Positions 50,455 to 58,189 of a stretch of 58,189 bases of DNA are shown here, piece after piece. Made by a program: the position numbers and the translations under genes. The notes below the pieces were generated by a model that saw nothing but the letters and a program-made list of their open reading frames with translations, was not told the DNA's origin and made no database searches. The stretch's first letter is position 1. Each line of letters opens with the position of its first letter. Origin of the DNA: a virus (Duplodnaviria > Caudoviricetes); the IMG/VR virus record IMGVR_UViG_3300037225_001359, positions 1-58,189 of that record. The stretch is one strand, 5' to 3'.

Positions 50455-50465
50455 ATATCCCTCTT

Positions 50466-53444
50466 TTACATCAACCGATTCACTTGGCCTTGTTTTTCAA
50501 ATAATACTATTCGACCAGTATTGTTGTCTCTCCAATTATTTGAAGAAGTGATATTTTGTTTATTTGTTTCTTTGATAAAGTTTCGTGCTGTTGTCATGGA
50601 CATTGAACTGAGCTCCATAATTGTATATTGATCGTTTTGTTGATCTACAAAATTTTGAGCTTGTTCTAATTCTTGTGCCATGACAACAATGTTTGCTATA
50701 GTCGAAATTTCAGTCGCGTTAATATAATTTACCCTTATTGATGTACTAATTCCGCCATTTATAGAAAGAGTCACAAAATATATCCCCAATGAACTATAAA
50801 GATGCGCCGGATTTTGTAAAGTACTTGTATTACCATCACCAAAATTCCAAGACCAGCTTATTGCTCCAATACTATCGTCAGTAAAATTGACAGTTAAAGG
50901 AATTCCTCCAGAAGTGATATTTGCATGAAAATTCGCAGAGACTAATGCTGCTAATACCATTATATAATTTGTCATAGTCTTTGTACTTGCTCCACTATTT
51001 ATGCTCAATATCACAGTGTATATTCCAGCAACACTATAAATGTGTGTTGGATTTTGTAAAGTACTTGTACTGCCATCACCAAAGTTCCAATTCCATGTTG
51101 TAGCTCCAATACTGTCATCGATAAAGCTTACGGACAATGGAACATATCCCAACGTCGGTACTGCATGAAAATCAGCAGTAGCCAAAGACGTCGTAGTAAA
51201 TTCTAATTTTACAGGTACTGGTTGTACTGCACCGCCAGCTGATTCTGCTACGAAATAAACATCATAAGTTGTCGATGCAACAAGATTATGAGCAGATAAT
51301 ATTGCTTCAATATTTTCACTTAATGTTCCAAAATCCGCGAATCCAGACGGTACGGGAACATCTGATGCATCAGTTCCATACTGCACTTGTTCAGAATTGG
51401 GTGCAGGATCTCCATGAGGAATAACTACGAAAAAACCATCACCAGTCGATGTTATTTCTAATAAAAAATCGGCATCATTTTTGTCTATCGTGCCCAATTT
51501 CGGATAGGTTGCTGCCCAATCAGGAGTTGTACCAAATGCAACTACTTCAGGAAAATCTTGTAGAATACCGTCACTTTCTGCAACAATCCATGCCTGATAC
51601 ATTGTACCAGAAGATAAATTACTTGCACTACAATGATTTCTAACATTTGCTACCAAAGCAACATTGCCCTTTAAGCCAGCAGCTACAGGAACATCCAAAG
51701 CATTAGTTCCCGCTTTGACTTGTGCTGATGTTGGTTCAGTATCATCATAGGGAAGTGTAACAAAATAGACAGTTGAATCAATGTCAGTTTCTACACCATA
51801 TCTTGCTGTAACATCAGTACTGTTATCAATAACAGGAGTGCCATCGACCCAATTGGGTTTGATTAATTCTATTTTCACAGGTGTTGCTTGCAATTCTCCT
51901 GTATCAATAGATAATGCTACAAAGTATGAATCATAATAATCGGATTCAATTAAATTAAAAGCAGATAAGAGCTCTTCGATATTTGGCGGACACATTACAC
52001 TACCATAAAAACCCACTGCTAACGGAGTATCAGATGCATCTGTACCTGCTTGTACTTGAGACGAGTTAGGAGCAGGATCTCCATGAGGTACAACTGCCAT
52101 GTATGAAGCACAATTAGTTTTTGTTTTAACTAAGAAATCAGCAGAAATATCTGTTAATACATTCACTTTTGGATAAGTTGCCGCCCAATCGGGTTTAGTT
52201 CCAAATTCAACTTCTAAAGCAACGGCTTGTAAACCAGCAGCACTTCCTGCAACAATCCAAGCTTCATACATTGTACCACCTAACAAATTAGTTGCTGTAC
52301 AATGTGTTTCAACATTAGCACTGAGAGAGATGCTACCATGAAATCCGGTTGCAACTGGAACGTCTGCTGCATTTGTTCCTGCCGCTACTTGAGCAGATGT
52401 CGGTTGATCATCACCATAGGGAACTACTACAAAATATGCAGTAGAATTAATGTCAGTTTCCATATCAAAACGCGCAGTAGTATCAGTTACGGCATCAATA
52501 GCAGGTTCTTCAACCCAATTAGGGATTGAAAACATGAATCCAGCACCTACAGCTACTCTTGTATTTCCCCACCAATCATTTTCGTATCCAGCATAACTTC
52601 CAGATCCCGTTATTATAATATCTACATTTATAACGTCTATATTCCAATCAGCTTGAACGGCATCCCATGATGGTGTTAAAACTGATTCCGGAGCCCAATT
52701 AACCTGCGAGTTTGTTATTGTCGAAGTTCCTCCCGTAGGAGAAGCTTCAAAAGCACAATAGTCTGCTGTAAAAATAACATTACCTAATAAAACTATGGGA
52801 CACTCAAATACTGTGTTAACAATATTTGCAGATATTGTTTGCGCAAAAGTGCTGAAGTTAACAGTTTTAGATGCAGCGTCAGAAGTAATAGCTATTCTTG
52901 AACCTTTTATATTAATACTAAAGTCGGTAAAACCATTATCATTGTTTTCAATAATAAGAAATGAAGCATTTGAATTTTTTCCAGTTATATTTATAGAACT
53001 ATCAATAATGTCAACATTTGTAATACCTATTGATGTGCTACAACTCAAATCTATTTCAGAACTTGACGTTTCTATTATGCCATTTTTTATCACACTAAAG
53101 CCACTAATAAGCATTGCTGTTGTAATAACCGGAAAGGGAGTAACATTAGACACTGTAGAAATTTTCCAACGCCATGGATTTAAGCCCCATTGACTAAAAC
53201 GAACTTCTTTTATAGATGTATTATTGATTGAAAAACTATCACTAGGATCAATTACAAACACAGCATCCCATGATCCCTTAACGAGATAGTCCCCTTCTTG
53301 TAAAATCACTAATTCATATGTAGAAGTTTCAGGCACGACATTATAAAACGCGAACTGGTTCTGCCCCATACAATTTTCTGGGGTTAATCCGTCTTTTGTT
53401 CCCTGTCCTTCCGCATTACCAATGTCAAGATAATATTGATTCAT
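50466..53444 (-). CDS. Acidic virion decoration/adhesion protein: four Fn3-like repeats (ABAB), two PKD domains, conserved C-terminal domain
   Basis: P(N/D)W...P / YF...P.....P.S.QV..GT.A.D.P repeats four times. W.WNFGDG.TSTLQNP.H.YS..G.Y.V.L PKD twice. Last ~78 aa nearly identical to 53706-54686. Confidence 0.75.
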   Translation of the reverse strand: MNQYYLDIGNAEGQGTKDGLTPENCMGQNQFAFYNVVPETSTYELVILQEGDYLVKGSWDAVFVIDPSDSFSINNTSIKEVRFSQWGLNPWRWKISTVSNVTPFPVITTAMLISGFSVIKNGIIETSSSEIDLSCSTSIGITNVDIIDSSINITGKNSNASFLIIENNDNGFTDFSINIKGSRIAITSDAASKTVNFSTFAQTISANIVNTVFECPIVLLGNVIFTADYCAFEASPTGGTSTITNSQVNWAPESVLTPSWDAVQADWNIDVINVDIIITGSGSYAGYENDWWGNTRVAVGAGFMFSIPNWVEEPAIDAVTDTTARFDMETDINSTAYFVVVPYGDDQPTSAQVAAGTNAADVPVATGFHGSISLSANVETHCTATNLLGGTMYEAWIVAGSAAGLQAVALEVEFGTKPDWAATYPKVNVLTDISADFLVKTKTNCASYMAVVPHGDPAPNSSQVQAGTDASDTPLAVGFYGSVMCPPNIEELLSAFNLIESDYYDSYFVALSIDTGELQATPVKIELIKPNWVDGTPVIDNSTDVTARYGVETDIDSTVYFVTLPYDDTEPTSAQVKAGTNALDVPVAAGLKGNVALVANVRNHCSASNLSSGTMYQAWIVAESDGILQDFPEVVAFGTTPDWAATYPKLGTIDKNDADFLLEITSTGDGFFVVIPHGDPAPNSEQVQYGTDASDVPVPSGFADFGTLSENIEAILSAHNLVASTTYDVYFVAESAGGAVQPVPVKLEFTTTSLATADFHAVPTLGYVPLSVSFIDDSIGATTWNWNFGDGSTSTLQNPTHIYSVAGIYTVILSINSGASTKTMTNYIMVLAALVSANFHANITSGGIPLTVNFTDDSIGAISWSWNFGDGNTSTLQNPAHLYSSLGIYFVTLSINGGISTSIRVNYINATEISTIANIVVMAQELEQAQNFVDQQNDQYTIMELSSMSMTTARNFIKETNKQNITSSNNWRDNNTGRIVLFEKQGQVNRLM

Positions 53445-53461
53445 ATTTTTTATTAATTACG

Positions 53462-53506
53462 TTGATAACAGTTATAGATGGTTTATTTGTCTATAACTGT
53501 TATCAA
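53462..53506. repeat. Perfect 17-bp inverted repeat, 11-nt loop
   Basis: TTGATAACAGTTATAGA (53462-53478) / TCTATAACTGTTATCAA (53490-53506). Confidence 0.9.
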
Positions 53507-53511
53507 TATAA

Positions 53512-53658
53512 TTACTTCCAACTTGAGGGTATAGACGTATAATTAGAAAACGATAAAACACTATTCCCCTGCCCACCAAAGCACCCAAAAGCAATTGCTG
53601 ATTGGTCACCCTGTTTGAAAAAAACAAGTATCTTATCTTCCCAATTAGGTTGATTCAT
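53512..53658 (-). pseudogene. Probable 3' remnant of a surface/structural protein gene
   Basis: 48-codon frame ending GCFGGQGNSVLSFSNYTSIPSSWK*. Its ATG is formed at the junction with the TnpB-end copy, with no RBS. Confidence 0.4.
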
Positions 53659-53704
53659 GGTTTAAAAAAATTAAACTTTGTTTAACTTTAATTCACTTTT
53701 AATC
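53657..53704 (-). repeat. Stand-alone 48-bp copy of the TnpB element 3' end
   Basis: Identical to 57564-57611 (GATTAAAAGTGAATTAAAGTTAAACAAAGTTTAATTTTTTTAAACCAT). Flanks differ on both sides. Confidence 0.9.
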
Positions 53705-53705
53705 T

Positions 53706-54686
53706 TTACATCAGTCGATTTGCTTGACCTTGTTTTTCAAATAAAACAATTCGACCAGTACTGTTATCTCTCCAACTATTTGAAGAGGTGATATTCTGTT
53801 TGTTTGTTTCTTTGATAAAATCTCTTGCAGTTGTCATGGACATTGAACTTAGCTCCATAATAGTATAGAAATCAGTTTGTTGATCGACAAAATTTTGAGC
53901 TTGTTGTAACTCTTGGGCCATAACGATAATATTTGCAAGAGTTTGCGTTTGCGCAGCTGGTTCTGCCCAACTACCCGAAGCACTGACACCATATCCTGGA
54001 AATAAATTAAATTTTGCTACTGGATCATTATATGCCGGCAAAGTAGGAATAGTTGCGCTATAAATAGCTGCAGACTGACTGACTGATCCAGAATGTGTTC
54101 CTACATAAAATAATTCATTAGGTGATCCAATTATGTCAGATAAATAATCACATGATGTCACAGAATTTATGATACTATTAGTAGAAGCATCGTCAGCAAT
54201 TGAAAATAATGAATCAGATGGATTTTGAAAAAGAACAACAGAATTGACTATATTTATATTTCCAATGATATTGTCATACTTTGTTCCTGTTATTAATGTA
54301 CTATTCAAAATATTGATATTTGAAAATCCAGCACCACCCCATGTTGTTCTAAAATACATATTGTTAAGTGTTAATTCACCCCAAATGTCACTAATAGCGA
54401 ATGCTTCAAAAACACCTCCTGTCATACTAACAGGAGAAAAACCACCGTATCCACTTAATGATGCAGTATTAAAATAAGACCAATGACCGTATAAAGCTAG
54501 ATCCCACGGAACAATGGTACAACTAGGAAAAGCACCCAAACTAGAACCTCCAACACCGCTTCCTCGACAGTGACAAACATCACCGTTAGTTATTGACATG
54601 GGAAAATTTTCAATATGATAGGGATCTACATCGATCCCGCTTCCACCAATACCAGATAATGAAAAATTAAAATATTTGTTAGACAT
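53706..54686 (-). CDS. Virion decoration-like protein, beta-helix-like N-terminus, conserved C-terminal domain
   Basis: Ser/Gly/Asn-rich I.NS repeats. C-terminal ~78 aa shared with 50466-53444. Preceded by late motif. Confidence 0.65.
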   Translation of the reverse strand: MSNKYFNFSLSGIGGSGIDVDPYHIENFPMSITNGDVCHCRGSGVGGSSLGAFPSCTIVPWDLALYGHWSYFNTASLSGYGGFSPVSMTGGVFEAFAISDIWGELTLNNMYFRTTWGGAGFSNINILNSTLITGTKYDNIIGNINIVNSVVLFQNPSDSLFSIADDASTNSIINSVTSCDYLSDIIGSPNELFYVGTHSGSVSQSAAIYSATIPTLPAYNDPVAKFNLFPGYGVSASGSWAEPAAQTQTLANIIVMAQELQQAQNFVDQQTDFYTIMELSSMSMTTARDFIKETNKQNITSSNSWRDNSTGRIVLFEKQGQANRLM

Positions 54687-54713
54687 AGTTTTTCCTCTAC
54701 AATTTAACGGAAA

Positions 54714-54729
54714 ATAAAAGCTTTAGAAA
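54714..54729 (-). promoter_or_regulatory. Putative late promoter motif, copy 8 (TTTCTAAAGCTTTTAT)
   Basis: Consensus copy just after the stop at 54734. Confidence 0.7.
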
Positions 54730-54733
54730 CTCA

Positions 54734-57484
54734 TCAGGGCATTTTGTCAATTTTTTCAGTTGAGGATTGAGATCCATAATTGATATTGTCAAACATTATG
54801 GTACGTCCCTTCTTGACATTACTTGTATCTTTCTGAGTAATTAATTCTTCTCTTTCTTTGGGAGCATTAACTTCAGGAACATAAATTCCGCGTTTATCAA
54901 TAGCCATTTCAGAAAATTGGTTCTGTAAGGGTTGAATGGGAAATGTATATCTAATATCCGTACGATCCAAAACTTCGATAGAAAAATGCTGCTGAACTAC
55001 ATAACCACCGGGTCCTTCAACAGGTGTCGGTGGTCCAACCAAACATCTATCACCATTTCTTCTGACGATCATATCCCTAATTGAAAGCAGCGGTGTTGGT
55101 GATGTCCAAGTATCCGTTTGATATTGTAATGTCAGACCTCTGTCAGTGTGGGCAATTTTTTGCTCTGTCATGGGTGTTGCAATTCGAATGGGATAGGGTC
55201 CATCAAATCCTCCGACAAATCCAGACCCATAACAAACATCGCAATCCTGGTCTGGTTGTTTATGTGTTCTTTCCTTGACATCTCTTTTGACACATTTACA
55301 AATTTTCCCTGCTCTTTTCTTCAAAAATAGCAGAACTCGTTCACCAGCATTATCAAGAATCCAACTATTTCGTCGAATGGCCTCTTCAAAGATCCAGCTT
55401 AATCTATCACCTTCTAGCTGAACCTGATGAAGAACATCCAGATCCGTTTCATCATTGTCTGTGACTGCTGTTACTTTATAAAAATATTTTTTTCTTAAAC
55501 CCAGATTCGTTTTTCTTTTCGTCGTTCTGTATGTCACTAATACTGTCGAAAATTCCGTCGGTTTTGGATTTTGAATCCAAATATTTCTAACCTCGTCATA
55601 ATTTCTTGAACAATCAAGTTCTATTTGACCTTCTAATCCATATAATTTCTTAATAACAGCTTTTTGTGCATCAATCGTCACAGTTATTTGTGTGATGTCA
55701 TCTGTCGGTTTTCCAGTTCCTGAATTATCAACAATGGGTGTATTTGCGGTTTGAATAAAATATTCTAAAAGCTGATTTCTAGGCTCAATAATAATTGGTA
55801 TTCCTGAATTCATGACGAAGTTTTGCCAATTCATTTCTATAGGAACATTAGCTGATTTACCTAAAATCTCGACATACATGTCTTGATTGTAATTTGTGTA
55901 TGTTCCCAGATTGACAAAACTTCCGTTGCTCAGATAAAAAGTTGTAATTGTAGTACCCGATCGAGTTATTCTAAACGATCCCTGTAGATCATTACTAGAG
56001 ACCCTAGAACCTATATCTATATTTCCGTTATAGATTCTATTACTATGGTAGATATTAGCTCCCGTAGACCTCTCCCGTGACATCCAGATAGCGTTATCGT
56101 CATCGGTCTTGACTCCGAATCCACATGCTTGATAATTCTTTGTCTGTGCATTCCAAATTGTTAAATTAAAATCGATCTGAATATCAAAATCATTTTTTAA
56201 TTTAAATTTAGAGACTAATTTCGAACCTTGAATCAATCCCACTTTGTCTGTAAAAATAACTCCAAAGTTCTGAAACATCAACTGAGCAGGATCAGATTCT
56301 ATCCATTTCATTTTATCATAATCGGGCTCAGAAAAATTATCATTTACCTCTCGGCTAATATTGACTGTTCTACGAAATTGTTCACTAACATTTTCATTGA
56401 TAACTGATAAATCCAATGTACTGTCTCGATATTGATTTGTCGTGATAAGGCGATCATTGACTTTTTCATAATTGCCCTTGGGATCATCAGCTCTGTAGAC
56501 ATTATATCCGATGATGTTAGTATAAATCGGATACATATCGTCCCATCTAATATCCAGAGCATTTTCTACATAGGGATATGAGATGAATACATTTTGAACT
56601 TTGATATTGTTCCGAGCTCGATAAATATTATAGACTTCTTCTTCAACTGCTTCGACATTTCCAGCTGTATCTATTGCAAAAAACTTGAGCACTGTTCTCT
56701 TATTTTCAGGAATAATAATCGGAGTTGTATAAGTTTGAGAACTGGATGTCGGAATAGTTGCATTGGTTGTAAAGAAAATCGTTGACGGTTCATCAGAACT
56801 CAACACGACATTTTGTGTTGAAAAATAATCTCCGCCTGTTGGTGTTGCAATAGTTGTCGGTGCTGTATAATCAAGATTATAAGTTTCTGTTTCAATTTTA
56901 CTAAATTGTAGATCTGCATCTAATGCGACAAATTTTAATTGTGTTTGACCTTCGACAGAAATGTCCAAAGGTGTAGTATATTGATTTGAAAATAGTGTCG
57001 GATCTGTAGTGTCTGTTGTATAATAAATTGTTGTCGTTAATGGAATTTGTCGATCAGATGTGAAAAACTCCGTTGTAAGAGAAACCGTTTGAGGTAAACT
57101 ATAATATCCACCTCTGACATCTGCTGAAACGATTAATGGTTCATTGTCAGGATCGTTTTGGCAAATAAAAGAAAAAGAATCCGTAACAGTAGCTAAGCTA
57201 TCTTGATAGTTCGTATCTACTGTAACTTCTTCATTATAGTCGAATTCAACTTCTTGAATGATATTAACAGAGACGATAGTAGGCAAAGCATTTTCATTAG
57301 TTATTGTGCCATGATAACCAAGTTGAAATTGACCGGCCAAAATTGCGTTGAGTCCATTGAGTTGAACATTCAACGTCGCAACATAAATCAAGCCCGTATC
57401 TTGAATACGAAAAAAAATCGGTGTTGTTCTAGATGCACCGATTGTTCCTTTATTGGGAATATAATCGATAATTTTAACTGCCAT
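54734..57484 (-). CDS. Neck/head-closure-like protein with N-terminal Ig/CHB_HEX_C, Fn3 and lectin-like domains
   Basis: C-terminal GERV.LF.KK..G..C.C...C..CYGSGFVGGF.GP...WT...PL...D..VRR.G.R resembles head-tail joining proteins of large phages. YYTTD..DPT and FFAID.AGN.E repeats. YNVYR...Y.YKVTAV Fn3. Confidence 0.6.
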   Translation of the reverse strand: MAVKIIDYIPNKGTIGASRTTPIFFRIQDTGLIYVATLNVQLNGLNAILAGQFQLGYHGTITNENALPTIVSVNIIQEVEFDYNEEVTVDTNYQDSLATVTDSFSFICQNDPDNEPLIVSADVRGGYYSLPQTVSLTTEFFTSDRQIPLTTTIYYTTDTTDPTLFSNQYTTPLDISVEGQTQLKFVALDADLQFSKIETETYNLDYTAPTTIATPTGGDYFSTQNVVLSSDEPSTIFFTTNATIPTSSSQTYTTPIIIPENKRTVLKFFAIDTAGNVEAVEEEVYNIYRARNNIKVQNVFISYPYVENALDIRWDDMYPIYTNIIGYNVYRADDPKGNYEKVNDRLITTNQYRDSTLDLSVINENVSEQFRRTVNISREVNDNFSEPDYDKMKWIESDPAQLMFQNFGVIFTDKVGLIQGSKLVSKFKLKNDFDIQIDFNLTIWNAQTKNYQACGFGVKTDDDNAIWMSRERSTGANIYHSNRIYNGNIDIGSRVSSNDLQGSFRITRSGTTITTFYLSNGSFVNLGTYTNYNQDMYVEILGKSANVPIEMNWQNFVMNSGIPIIIEPRNQLLEYFIQTANTPIVDNSGTGKPTDDITQITVTIDAQKAVIKKLYGLEGQIELDCSRNYDEVRNIWIQNPKPTEFSTVLVTYRTTKRKTNLGLRKKYFYKVTAVTDNDETDLDVLHQVQLEGDRLSWIFEEAIRRNSWILDNAGERVLLFLKKRAGKICKCVKRDVKERTHKQPDQDCDVCYGSGFVGGFDGPYPIRIATPMTEQKIAHTDRGLTLQYQTDTWTSPTPLLSIRDMIVRRNGDRCLVGPPTPVEGPGGYVVQQHFSIEVLDRTDIRYTFPIQPLQNQFSEMAIDKRGIYVPEVNAPKEREELITQKDTSNVKKGRTIMFDNINYGSQSSTEKIDKMP

Positions 57485-57563
57485 GTTTTTTCACACTCTC
57501 AATAGATTTTATGACTAAAATCTGTTTTATTAAGTCTTTCATTTTCAACCAATCAATATCCCA

Positions 57564-58189
57564 ATGGTTTAAAAAAATTAAACTTTGTTTAACTTTAATT
57601 CACTTTTAATCCATTCATCATGGTCTAAAAGCATCTCAAAAGTCTTTACGGACTTAAGTTGGGTCAACCATAGACCCTTATTTGGTTCGATTGGGCATTT
57701 TAAATTTTTCTGCATAATGTTTACAGACCCATTTCCGTCTCTACTAAATCTTAGATCTTTCGCTAATTCAACAACTCTATCTGACAATTTTAATTTTTTG
57801 TCAAATCTTTTGCCTGTTAAACAATTAGTTTGAGAAGTCCAAGCTTCGTCTTGTTTAACAAACTCTATTCCTTTGTCTTCGGCTTTGTATCCGACAAAGA
57901 ACTTAAATCTACTCAAACAGCCCTGGTTCTGAGTTGATTTATTTAATCCTGAATTTCTTTTTCTTTCCTTTCTATTTTGTCCTTTGACTTTCTTTTTTAC
58001 TAACTTTTTTGTCTGAATATCGCCATAAATAATTTTATTGACGTTATTTTCTTGACAATATTCAATTATCTTTTTACTGACTTTATGTTGAAAGTCTTTG
58101 TTCTTATTCGTTAAATTTCTTTTTAGTCTTTTGTAAACTCTTTTTAGCTTTTTCCAGCGTCTTGACTTTTTCTTTTTGTGATCAAGTAA
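57564..58189 (-). mobile_element. TnpB-encoding insertion element, 3' part (left part outside window)
   Basis: tnpB plus a short 3' end whose boundary (...AAACCAT) is defined by the duplicated copy at 53657. Confidence 0.65.
57578..58189 (-). CDS. tnpB: TnpB RNA-guided nuclease, 5'-truncated by window edge, rearranged RuvC-II type
   Basis: Frame open to the window end: SRRWKK...KDFQHKVSKKII...IIYGDI...F...VGYKAE..G.....DEAWTSQT.C..G...RDGNGSVNI. Confidence 0.85.
   Translation of the reverse strand, partial: LLDHKKKKSRRWKKLKRVYKRLKRNLTNKNKDFQHKVSKKIIEYCQENNVNKIIYGDIQTKKLVKKKVKGQNRKERKRNSGLNKSTQNQGCLSRFKFFVGYKAEDKGIEFVKQDEAWTSQTNCLTGKRFDKKLKLSDRVVELAKDLRFSRDGNGSVNIMQKNLKCPIEPNKGLWLTQLKSVKTFEMLLDHDEWIKSELKLNKV

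Noticed and set aside
52510-53656. Orphan TnpB guide self-targeting the neighbouring gene (shared CCTAATTGGG)
   Set aside because: Only 10 nt match, not adjacent to the element end. Expected by chance or from a shared Pro-Asn-Trp codon run.
50466-53940. Diversity-generating retroelement VR/TR pair
   Set aside because: Both copies are coding, and differences are mostly synonymous and not confined to adenines. No reverse transcriptase in the window.
596-54729. Reading the repeated motif as an archaeal BRE-TATA promoter
   Set aside because: In two cases the TTTAT lies only 13-15 nt from the start codon, too close for TATA-to-TSS spacing. The invariant part is TTTCTA rather than the TATA-like part. 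Host domain remains undetermined.
1-58189. Stop-codon reassignment as in some large phages
   Set aside because: Genes are long and tightly packed under the standard code, and TAA, TAG and TGA all occur at evident gene ends.

Overview
AT-rich window with every credible gene on the minus strand. It reads as the late/virion-morphogenesis region of a large contractile-tailed (myovirus-type, probably jumbo) phage. In transcription order it holds a neck/head-closure protein, two decoration proteins sharing a C-terminal domain, glycosyltransferases, a lysis-like cassette (holin-like gene, M15 peptidase) containing an actin-fold ATPase, tail completion protein, S74 tail fibre, sheath, tube, chaperones, tape measure, tube initiators, hub, spike and large Ig-decorated baseplate wedge proteins. 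No capsid, portal or terminase gene was recognised. There are two RNA-guided mobile elements: a complete IscB/omegaRNA element (22521-24037) and a TnpB with a rearranged RuvC site that runs off the right edge. The last 48 bp of the TnpB element recur alone 3.9 kb away. The non-coding DNA holds the most unusual signals. A 16-bp motif (TTTCTAAAGNWTTTAT) precedes eight genes and is a candidate late promoter. A solitary type I-C CRISPR-repeat-like unit lies 36 nt upstream of the tail-tube start codon. A canonical kink-turn hairpin with a possible pseudoknot lies at the 3' end of the same tube-DUF3008 unit. All protein calls come from motif recognition and gene order; no database searches were run.
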